DNA of 64,000 nucleotides from positions 9,350,275-9,414,274 of the forward strand of contig NC_134032.1 of NCBI RefSeq assembly GCF_964204645.1. Reading direction: 5' to 3'. This document shows positions 12,901 through 24,900 of this stretch, in pieces; within the stretch, counting starts at the first letter, position 1; every line of letters starts with the position of its first letter. A program made the position numbers and the translations under genes. This stretch comes from Tubulanus polymorphus (taxonomy: Eukaryota > Animalia > Nemertea). Under the pieces are notes generated by a model. The model worked only from the letters and a program-made list of their open reading frames with translations. It did no database searches and had not been told where the DNA came from.

Positions 12901-15900
12901 ATAGGTGTCCGGACTCCATGGAAATCCCTCAAGGACCCCATGGAAATCCCTCAAATGCGTCGTCCCTGATACCGCATCTACAAAACTGGGCCCTGCTGCA
13001 AGTGCGGGGGGCGCAGCGCGACATGCGAGAAGAATCTGTTCTACAAAATGCGACAGAATTCTTTTTTTCTAGAAAACTCACCTCTATCGGGTGAGGTGCC
13101 ACGAGTGTGGTGATGTAGATCCTCCTGTGAACTGTTTGACGACGGCACCGAGTATTTATCGTTGTAACCGCCACCAGGGGGCATCGATTGCGGTCGCGCC
13201 GACTTTTTTGATTTGAACTTCGTTTTCGGCGGGACCTCGCTGGCGCCGGGCCCGTCCTCGTCTTCGGCCATCTTACGCTGCAGGTATTGTTGATATATTT
13301 GCTCGCGTCGCGCCTTCTCCTCAGCCTTTTTCTGTTCGGCCTGCTCTTCTTTTTTCCTGCAAAAAAATAGAAACATACTCGAAATTTTGAGAAAGAAGAT
13401 TAATTGGACCATAGGTTCAGGCCATCTTCTGCAGCTGTGAGCTGAATTTAGACTATTGAGTGACCGATGAAGAAATCAAAATACGACAAAGTCTTCACAG
13501 TTACGCAAATTCAAAATTCCCTCATTTTTCCCAAATATTTCGCGGGTGATTTTTCAATTTTCCCTAACGGAAATAACAGCTTCATAAAAGTGAACATACC
13601 ACCATACTACAGAGATGTCAACATTTTAACGGTGAAAAATCACCACATGGACACCTGCAATGCTATTTCTTATCTTTGAATTTAATCATTTCTTCTTATT
13701 CATCCAATGGGCCACTTTCCACCCATCTAAATATCCCCCCCAGTTGTCCCTAACTTGTGCATGCGATTACACCACATTCCCCGAGTGAATCAGAAAAATC
13801 TCTAGGTTTAAAATGTTACAATTCATTCACTTTTCATCGAATCACGTACTGATAAAGAAACAAGGGCTAATAGCATTATCGGAGTTTTCCAGGTTTTTAT
13901 TTTTCTAATAAAATTTGTCAATTTCCCTGAAGTTTTCTGATTCCCTGAGTTTTCCAGGTTTTCTAGGTCGGTGGCGTGACCCACCCTGTAGAATTTGTGA
14001 AATGTTTCACAATTTTTCATTTTCGCCAAAAGAATTAACTATCGAATTCGTTCGAATTTCATTCTCACCTCCTCAATTCTCTCTTCTTCAGCGCGTCTGC
14101 CTCTTGTTTTACGCGTTTTCGTTCCAGTTCCTCTTTTCGTTTCAGCTGCAATTGAACGAATTTCTCGCGCTTTTTCTGCATATCGGCGTCTTTTTCCTAG
14201 CGTTACAAAAATACTAAATTCATAACATACCGATTACTCGATTTCAATACGTATTCACAGTTCCACGAAACGGTTAAATCTCGAAACGTTTAAGTTTGAA
14301 TTATTGTTCTCGTCGAAAACACAAATTAACCGATAACAACTGCAACCAAAAATTACAGGTTTAGATTTTCTCAAAACAAAGGCCACTTGCTCAAAGTTTA
14401 AGTCAACTGTCAATTTCATTTGTCAGTCGTCTCTCCCTGGAGAGAAGTAACATCCGAGCAGCTAACAAGCGCTCCAACGTCATCTAACAATCTAGGTACC
14501 CATTTACTCCTGGGTGAAGAGAGGCGATGAAGTGAAGTCTTTTGTTTGAGGATACTACGGTAAAGTATGGGGTTCGAACCCACGACCTGGCTTCACAGAG
14601 TCAAATGCTCTAACCACTGGCCCAAACCGCTTGTCTTTTTCTACGTTTTTCTGAGTTTTCCAGGTAAACATCCACCCTGAATCATTACCATCATTATCGT
14701 TTTCACCACAACGACATTCATCCACCAGCTAAACTTACATCCCCTTATAACCCTTTCAATGCATCTACACCGCAGTGCAGTGCATGAATCGGTGATGGAT
14801 TTTGCTAGTACACCGCACTGCCGTGTATTGGTGTTATTAGTAATTAGTTTTTATCTCCCTTGAAAGATGGCAGCACCTGTCGAACAGTGAAATATTAGTA
14901 ACTAACGATATACGGCGATGTGGTGTAGGCGCACTATAGTGGTATTCCCGTTATTCAACACACTACGGTGGAATTATTCAAAATTTTCAAATTATCTCCA
15001 GCACTATAGGGTATTGATTAGTCAGCACTGAAAGGGTTAAGCAAGTGGCCCTGTTATTCCTGAAAACACTTTACCTCGTCGTGAGTGTGATATTCGCCGA
15101 TGTATAACCCGATGGCCGGGCTATTCCCGACCGCGGACTCCGACTCCTGCTGACTGTTACTCCCTAGTCCGGAAGTCGAGCCGTCCTGACTGATGTCCAT
15201 CGATTGTTCACCGCTACGACTCATACAGCTGATCGTCGTCGTCACGGCGACCGCCGCCGCCGATTTATCCGACCGATCCGATTTCGCCGAACTCGTCGAT
15301 GTTTTCATCGGCGACGAATCGCTCGGATGCTTCGCTGGAATCATCGTCGTCGCGCGCTCGGTGCTGCCCTCGCGTGACTTCGGCCGGCGATTGCGCAATT
15401 TCGGTTTCGGCTTCCGCGGCGCGTCCAATTCGAATTCGATGAACAGTCCGCCTTTCGCCTGTTCGGTGACCGATATGCCGGACATGTCGACCGGCGGCGC
15501 CCGGTCTTCCTCGACCTCATCGTCGTACGCGCCGACCAATGCGTCGCCGGCGCCCCCTGGCGGTGCGATGTGCGGTTCGAACTCGCCGCTTGTGTTCACA
15601 ACGTAACTATTGTCTTTCGCCGCGGAAGCTGTCGAAAAGTCTGAATCCTCGACCGTACGTTCGAAAACTGGCGAAAATTGTTCTGTCTGCCGCTCGTAAC
15701 TGCTACTACTACTAATAGGTGGCGCCACCGGTGATGGAAGACTGGTGGCCGCCGTCGTCGTTACGGGCGCTTGCTCGTAGTTAGCGGGTGAAAAGCGTTC
15801 TGCCCGTTCCCATTGTTGCGTCATCGTCATGGGCGGCGTCGATTCAGCAGAAACGGGTGTGATGGGACTCGGTTGACTCGCTACCGATGAAACGGGCGTG

Positions 15901-18900
15901 ACGGGTTGTTGGTACGTAGATGGCGCGCTCGGAGACGGCGTCGACTGTAGAGGCAGCGGCGCCATCTGTTGGGTATTTACGGTGTACGTTTGCGCTGTGG
16001 CGTGTGGCCTCGTGTTCGGCTGATAATTACTCGTGTAAACGGGAGCGGGTGGCGCATAAGTCGGTGCCTGCGGCGGCATATACGGCTGCCCGGGCATGAA
16101 ACGCCCGGCGGTATATAACGTAGCTTGGTACATGTGCGGTGCGTGTTGGTACTGGGGAGGCATTCCTGGATAGGGCATGTAACCGGGTTGACCGGGTAGC
16201 GGCGCGACCATTCCGGGCGGGTACTGACCCATATGTGACGCGGGCGGATACGGGTGGTGATAATCGGGCGCGAACTGCTGCCCGTGGTGCATGTACGGGC
16301 TCGGCGCCGGCTGCGTATACCCGGGCATGCGATACTCAGGATGCGGGGGCGAGATGCCTGATGATGGCGCGACCGGTTGCGGTATCTCTTGGCGCGGGGG
16401 TGGAGGCGGCGTCGGCTGACTCGGCGCCGCCGGTTTCATGTAAAACTTCTCGGGCGGCGAACGAGTCGACAGATCTTGCACGGAGCCGCGCGGCGACGCG
16501 TGAGACGAACCGCGCGGCGAACCCTTCGGTGACGTCGACGCGACCATTTTGATCTGCTCTTGTTGAAGCGACAGTTTCATGATCTCCCCTTGTAATTCGC
16601 TTAAGCTGCTGTTCAGTTTCTCCAGCGACGTGCTGTACTCGTCGACGTTCATACCGTCGTCTGCCGTCGACGAGCGTCTGTCATCCGTCTGCCGGTCAAC
16701 CAGCGATGGTCGTCGCTGAGGCGTCGATGCATCCGCTGATGGCCGTCTTTGAGTCGGGTCAGCCGCCGTTATCAACGACGGCCGCCGCTGCTCCGTCTGC
16801 TGATCGACCTCCGTCTGCTCGGGCGGAAGCGATTTCGCCCGTTCCATCCGCGAGTCCGTCGGCGGCTCCGCGCTTTTTTTCCTCGCGACCGACTCGTCGT
16901 CTTTGAACCAGCGATTCTTCACCCCTTCGATCGTCGCTTGGATATCCTCGCGCGAGAACTTCTTACGCGGCTGCGCTTTCTCCGGCGCGTTAGCCGGGTC
17001 GGCATCCGCGTTCACCGGCGGCGTGCGGTTACTATCCCTCGCCAACGCGGGACTCGCGGCGCTCGCGTCCGATTCCTCCTCGACGATATCCGGTTGACGA
17101 CGCGACTTCGCGACGACCTGGAAGAACGCCTGTTTGCCGAGTTTCTGACGCTCTTTGCTCATCTGCTGCTCCATTTTGCGCTTCTCCGATTCGATCGCGC
17201 GTCGTTTCTGCTCCAATTTCAAGCGGATGCTCGACAACTCGGTGACGACGGGCACGCCCGGCGCACCGGCCGTCGTCGTCGTCGATCCTGCCGTCGAGTT
17301 ATTCTCTTTGTTCTGGTCTGATTGTTGTTGCTCGGCCATTTTTAACACGTTCTCCTGCCACGTCGTCTGATTCGGCAGCGCGGCGAACGTAGTCTTTTTC
17401 ACCGGTTTACCCTCGACGCCGGCGCCGCTTTTCGATTTATGAAACTGAGACTTCAGCGATATCCGCGGCGCAGACGGCGTCGTTGACGAAGTCGCGTCCG
17501 ACGCGGTTAACTCGTGCGAATGCTGACTCAAAACGATCGCCGAATTGTCGTAGTCGTTATCGCGTGACGGCTGCTTCTTGATCGACGAGAAATTCGTCGC
17601 GTTCTGCTTGGCGACGACGGCCGCGTTACCGTGAACTTCGCACAACGGCTTCTCGTTCGTCGACTCGGTCGTCTTCGAGTCGATGTAAAACGACGTTGGC
17701 GCGCGACCTCCCGAGGAATCGCCGCCGAGAAAGAATCCCTCCGGTAGACGGGTTTGTTGCGGTTGCGGTGGTTGCTGCTGCGCGGCCGATTCTTTCGAGC
17801 GGTGATCGCGGTGTATTTTGCTCGATTCGTGATCGGAGAAATCGCTCGAACTCTGAGATTCGTATCCACTGCGTACGGGCGCACCGAACGTCTGCTGTCC
17901 GTTCTCGTCCGTCGTCTGCTGATGATACGTAAGCTGTTCGCCGCTACGATCCGTCTGCTGTCCGTTCAGACGATCCGTCTGCTGCCCGATCACCGGTAAC
18001 CCGGCCGCTCGCGCCTCCTCCGGCGTCAGCTGGCGATCGTGACGCGTGAAACTCTGCGTCACTGCGACCGGTTTGCGTCGTTTCGGGCTCTCCTTTTTGA
18101 TCGGTCGTTCGACGTTGCGTTCGGCGTCGATGTAAAACGCCTCTCCACCCGTTCGCGGCGACAATAGAACTCTCTGCACGGCCGTCGCGACCGACGGAAC
18201 CTGTTTCTTCGGCGTCGATTCTAACGACTCGATTAAACTCGGCGGATCCGACGCGACTGGTGTCATAAACTCGTCGTCGGAACTCGACTCGCAACGCGTC
18301 GTCGCGGCAACGTCTTGACTCAAACGTTTCTTCGACGAGCGTTTCGACGGAGATCCTGCCGCTGTTACAACGCCCGCTGCCGGTGGACTTCGCTCGGCGC
18401 GTTTATCGCCTCGTTCGAACTCTTTCGAGTGGTTGACATTTTTTTCCTTCGACGGACGCGTTTTCGCGGGCATCAATGGCTCGACGAACGACGTCGGTCG
18501 ATTGGCGGCCGCCGCTGACGACGTCTGCTCGTCGCGATAACCGAACCCATCGTCGTCGTCGCGGGGAGTCTCGATTTGACTCAAACGAAGAGTCGACGCG
18601 TCGTCGAAACTTTGACTCAATTCCGAGTCGATGCTGACGTTCGTTAGTAAATGTCTGTCCGGCACCGCGCGGTTCTCCGAGGCGTCGCCGCGCAGTTGCT
18701 CGGCAATTTTTCGCGCTCCCGCTTTCGTGTAAGTCCGATGAACGGCGTCGGTCGATTGAGATTTACTGGTGCCGCCGCCTGACGTGGGAGATACTCTGAA
18801 ATAGACGCCGAAATCCGTTATCATTATTATTATGATCATTATTTTTCTTTTGTTCTTTGTTTATAACATTTTTTCCCTGGAGGGCATCCCACCTCCAGGT

Positions 18901-21900
18901 ACAGCTCTTGAGTGAGAGTATAATATTATTACATAATCAACAACTTTTTATTCTTTTTATTTACCAAACTATGATGAAGTATGTACATGTCCTTATACAT
19001 ATTCTAGTCAGGAGAATAAATGTTTATCGTAAATCTTATCTTATGGCTCGGGTGTCCTCCTCAAATATGTAAAATTTCCAATTAATATGTAGGCCTATTT
19101 TTTCATCCAATTTTTCTGTAGTTATACCTTTGTTGTTTTCATATTTGAGAAATAATTTTATCTAATAGATTTCAATGAAAATGAAATCGTAAAACAATTG
19201 AAAATTAGAGAAATCGACAAAATTTGCATCTAAAACCTAGAAATTGTTTTTTAAGATGTGATCTGATGCACCAAATGGTTCACGAAACTTACCGTTCGAG
19301 TTTGCGAGTTTCCTCCCACGCTATGCGCGAATTGTTCCCGGTTAACGGGGGCAGAGATGACGACCTCTCAGATTCAGCTACCGCAGGAAGAAGAAAAATG
19401 AAAAAAGAAAAGAAAAAATACTTGAAAATATCATGAATTCGCTGCGATCGGAGGGTAATTTGTAAATGTAGACGGCGTTGTTACCTGTCTGTTCTGATTG
19501 TTGCGAGTCTTCGTGTCGCCGTGGTAACAAGGGAGCTTGACGGGCGGGAAGACTGTCGAAGAGAAAAAAGTAGAAATTTAAAAGCTTCGAAAAATTAAAT
19601 GACTACCATGTTTAGGGTAGACGCCATAGGACCGATAGATTTATTCGCAACAACAGTTCGTCATCACTAGGGCCTAGTTTTGTAGACTGGTATTAACTTT
19701 CACCCGGGGACTAACTCAATTCATTTTCAATTTAGTGAACCCCTACGTTAAAGATAGTGCCAGTCTATAAAACGGGCCCCAGAAGTTTGAAAATGTTCAA
19801 AAATTCACGTGATAACCATACGGCTCAGCGGCAAGATTGTCGAGCCTACTGAGAATGATCGTTTCATTAACCGTACATCCATTTCAAGAAATACATTTTT
19901 CACAGTCTTTCCCAGAGACACTTGTGAGACTTGCACGAGTCGATCAAATTTTTTGAGTGCCCTTTTTCATTTTGTCAACAAACAAAAAATCGGTGCAATT
20001 CAGTGCGGGAATACCCTTAATGATGCCTTTTTTGGACATCCTGTTAGAATTGACAAAATTGAAAAAAGTTTCCAATGCAGAACAGCTGGGGATGTTTGGT
20101 TTGATTAGCCCCTTGCCTTTTTGGACATCAAAATGCTCTTTTGGGGATGTGACAAGTTCATTAAAGTCCCCGGACGCGCCCCTGTCTTCGCAAATAGTAA
20201 ATTCATTAAAAACAATGACTCTTCGCATGACTCACTATTAGCATTAACATAACGACTCATTCAGTCGTAATGCAAAAACTTAATTCCGATCGATAAAATG
20301 AAATATACTACAAATGATTTCCATATGGATGCTATCAATAGCCGAATTCATAAATCCTAAATTCATTCGAATCAAAAATAGCTCGGGATCGAGTTCCACA
20401 AACGGCTAGTTCGAGAGTCGCGATATTTTTGAATCGAATCAAGTGGTCTTAAATCGCGAGTTGAATCAAACACAATCGCACGACAGCAGAACTGGGACCT
20501 GAATAGTTTCAATTGTTTTCTATTTATAGTACGCCCAACCCAAGGCAGACGGCGTCTCTATTTATAGTACACCCAACCCAATCGACAGACGTGAGACAAG
20601 TGTCGAGTTTCATTGTTAAACTCGCGACAAAGCGCACACTTTTTCCTCAAACTGCAAATAAAAGCTTCGCAATATCTATACGAAATTTATGAATAACTGT
20701 GTGCCGCCAACAGACGGGGGCTACTCGAATACTAGTATAGCGCGTACCAACAAATCGGGTTGAGTCTGGACAGACGGTGCATCGCCGGGCGGACATCTTA
20801 AAACCTGAAATCCCTGCTTCAGCACCATCTACGATGGAGATGTTTAGTCAGACCGAACGGCCGGTAGATGTCGCTACCATCCGGAGCAGAGCAGACGTCT
20901 CGCAAAAATCAATACTCGGTGCGATCTACTACACTGTGATTGAGACATTAGTTACACTAGTGGCTGGCAGTTGTCACTACCATCTAGAGACACTTTCAGT
21001 TAGATACAAATGATAGAATATGCTCGCTGTGTCATGGTTTAGGCGATGAAACACATTTCATTGTTGACTGCGCCCTACTGAATGAAATCCGTGAAAACCG
21101 TTTGAATTTAAAAACTTTTCGTGTCCTTGATATTTCAAAATGTCCAACATTGCAATTAGCTAAGTTCATCAAATCCAACACTTTAATACATACCCGGTAG
21201 TTAACATATTGTAAATGGTGTACGTGTTATTAAAAAAAGTTTATATTTTCTGTTGTTTTGTAAATATTGTTTATATATATTTCATAGTCTCTGTCCACGC
21301 ACCATGGAAATGGTCGGAGTAATAAATAGATTCCTAATCCCTTATCTCAAATAGATACCGGGCGCGTCTATTCAGAACAACAAAACTGGTTTTTATTGAA
21401 ACTTTCGATGAAAGAGTCCTTTGATAACCGGGTTTTAAATCACAAATCTGAAGTAAGGGCCCTATTTTTTTGTTAAAACCATTTAAAGATCGCTATTGTG
21501 AAAACTCACGAGCCACATTTAACAATAAACTGTATTGGAATACAAGAAATAATAATAATAACAAATTCTAATTTCTCCTAAATTCAGAGAAATAACCTGA
21601 ATAAAACTACTGATAAGATCACTGCTTCAGAATTTGCAGCCCATAACTAAAGATCCTGGTTTCCTTTTATCAGATTCAAACTTAAGACCCTATCAAAACT
21701 GGTTTTGCATAAAAAAACTTAATTTTTGAATTTTTCTTTGCGATCTTTAAACGAGCTTTTTCTTGGAAAAAGAGGTCGTTGTCCTAATATTGTTTGAGGT
21801 GGTTAGAAAAAAACTGGCCCAAAAATAGAAACCCGACTTAGCGTATCGACATTGTATAAGACATTTGGCCACGATGAACTTATATTCAAAATATTACATT

Positions 21901-24900
21901 ATCTCTAATGAGTTAACCATTATTTCGATGAATGTTTCAACTACTAATTCATTAATTTCTCACTCGCCAGACCTAATCCACTATGGCCACTTTTTCTGGC
22001 TTGCTTTTTTCCCTGTCTATTCCCTGATATGCAAATTGTTTTTCCTGACTTGATCCGATAAGAATCAAATCAATTAGCCCAGCCATATACGTAAAACATA
22101 GACGGAAACTGATTGATTTTAAGCGCGATCTAGCTACCCCTACAAATTTCCCTCACTTTTCCCAGATTCTTAGCTATTGTACAAAATCCCCGACTATTCT
22201 CGGACTTTTTTCAAAGAAAAGAAAATTTCCTGACTTTTTTTCCTGATTTCCACATAAGCGGCGCGCCCTGTGAATCATTGCAACTGAAATTATGCCTCGA
22301 CAGCATCCGATTTTCTCAAAGGGGTTTAAAGCTAAATGCAGATTAAAAACCTACCCGGTTTTGTTAATCTCGTTGTCGCTAGAATTCGGCGACGTATCGA
22401 ATTTCTGGAAGCTTTTTTTCGTCGCGTTGCTGATCTGCACCGGCGACACAGCGCTCAGCTTCTTAGCCGTCATCGGGCGTCCTTGAAAAAACAACAATAT
22501 TTACAAAACATTTACAGAATATTCATGAAATATTTATAGAATATTTGCGAAAATATTTGAACGGTTACAAAATATTTACAGAATTTTGTGAAATATTTGA
22601 AAAATATCCAGAAAATTTACGATATATTTCTTTTTTTATTTATTAAATATCTATAAAACATTTACTAGATATTCTAAAAATGTTTATGAAAATTATTGAC
22701 AAATAAATATCTAGAATTCAATCACATTTTGTCCTAGTTTCAACTCAGATATTGCCCACAAATCAGGCTAATTTTCATTTTTCGAAAAAGACCAGAAATG
22801 AAGACTGTCCAATTCCGTACCGCGCTCAAGTCAGAGAAGATCCGTCTCGGGCACAGAATACTGCGACATCCAACACGGATATCACTTTCGAATGGGACGA
22901 ATTTACGCTTTTTTCAAAGAGATCCAACTAGAGCGGAGCCTACCGTACCGTTCCACTCAGACATCACTCTCGCGTCAAAAAATTGAGCGAGGGTTTAGAT
23001 TTTTCGTTCTAGGAATACAAACTTACCGTCTGTTTGGTCGTTATCTAGGGTCGGTTGAGGTGAACCGTTACGCTTAACGCAATCGGCTTTCTGAACTTCG
23101 CACAAATAGAATAAATCAGCTAGGAATGTTACCAGGTTTACCTAGAAAACGACAAAAACGAATTTAAAGCGAAATCTAACTTCGGACTTCGGAATGAGCA
23201 AATTCAGTCAACATCTATTCTTACAAGCTGTTACAAGTTGCTAGAAATAACAAGTGTTACGCACTTCTTTCTAGTGAGGCCACTATGTTTTTCAATTCTT
23301 TTCTAGTGGGTCCACTATATTTTTCAAATTCTTTTCTAGTGAAGCAACTATGTTTTTCAAATTCTTTCTTAGTGGGTACACTATGTTTTTCAAATTCTTG
23401 CTAGTGGGTCCACTGTTTTTCTTATTCTTTTCTAGTGGGTCCACTATGCTTTTCAAATTCTTTTCTAGTGGGTCCACTATGTTCTTCAAATACTTTTCTA
23501 GTGAAGCAACTATGTTTTTCAAATTCTTTTCTAGTGGGTCCACTATGTTCTTCAAATTCTTTTCTAGTGAAGCAACTATGTTTTTCAAATTCTTTTCTAG
23601 TGGGTCCACTATGTTCTTCAAATTCTTTTCTAGTGGGTCCACTATGCTTTTCAAATTCTTTCTTAGTGGGTCCACTATGTTTTTCAAATTCTTGCTAATG
23701 GGTCTATTGTTTTTCAAATTCTTTTCTAGTGGGTCCACTATGCTTTTCAAATTCTTTTCTAGTGGGTCCACTATATTTTTCAAATTCTTTTTTAGTGGAT
23801 CCACTATGCTTTTCTAATTCTTTTCTAGCAAGCCCACTATGTTTTTCGAACTCTTCTAGAGAGCCCACTTCATTTTTCGAACTCTATCTCATGGAGCCTA
23901 CGCTATTTTTACCTAAAATCTCTATTTCAGGGAGCCTAGTATATTTCTCGAAGTCTATTTCAAGGTGTCGACTGCATTGCAAAAGCTTTTTTTTACTGAC
24001 CTTCATAATCGATGGTAGAAACAACAGATCTTCGGGCGTTGTGTGAAAGATTTGTTGTTTGAATTGAGTATCACAGATAGTTTTCACTAGATTAAAATTG
24101 TGCATCGCATCTGCTATACCGACCACCTTCTCTAATACTATTCCTGAAAAAAGTGCAAAATTTTTCGTAAGGAAATCTTTTTCAAGCAAATGGAAAAAAA
24201 ATTACGATTTCGACACCGAAATTTGCCAGAGTAGACTTGAGTTGAGGATGAAAATTATACTTGTATTTCTAAAAAAACATAGGAGACTAGATTTTCAAAT
24301 TACAGTGCCAGACAGCAGTCGGATTTACAAAATTCGTTCATTTCAATTTTCAACTTTCAGCCCAAGGGATCCAAGGGGAACGTAGAAGGGGTGCACATCC
24401 CGTAACACATCCCGTGATACAGTAGTTGATGTCCTACTGCACACTAGCAACACCTGGTGGATCCTCACTTGCCACAAGTAGAATCCTCTTTTGCAAGAGT
24501 AAGCAATGTCTTACTGCGCACTAGCGACACTAGTGGATTCTAACAACTAGAGGGCGCTGAACTTCTTTACCACAACATTGAAATTAAACTCGGATTAAAT
24601 TTACAATTCATGAATTTAATCCGAGCTACTAGAGGAACTTTTAATCCGGGAATTGTAATTCGTAAACCTGAATACTGGCTGCAGATTATCTCACACCTGG
24701 CATATCCTTTAATCCATCGAAATCCCGAAAATTCCTTTCTAAGTGTGGATTAGTCCTAGGCGAAAAGCGGTACGTACGGGAATTTGACTACTTATCCGTA
24801 AATCTTGGACCGCAGCGGATATCGGCGCTGTCGGGCGTGATGAATGCGAAGTTAATTCGACGATCGAAGCAGATTCTTATAAAACGCTGTCAAATTTTAC

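Noticed and set aside
14560-14632. tRNA gene
   Set aside because: A and B boxes are present, but the sequence continues into a SINE core and recurs as a diverged copy at 47.3 kb.
15193-18518. Many plus-strand and alternative-frame ORFs of 64-190 aa
   Set aside because: Shadow ORFs of the GC-rich CAMSAP giant exon.
23292-23817. 170-aa (KNLKNIVDPLE)n and 155-aa (FFKFFSSGSTM)n ORFs as proteins; the array as a CRISPR
   Set aside because: Both are by-products of a 33-bp tandem unit inside a CAMSAP intron whose flanking exons already join in phase. There are no unique spacers and the context is eukaryotic.
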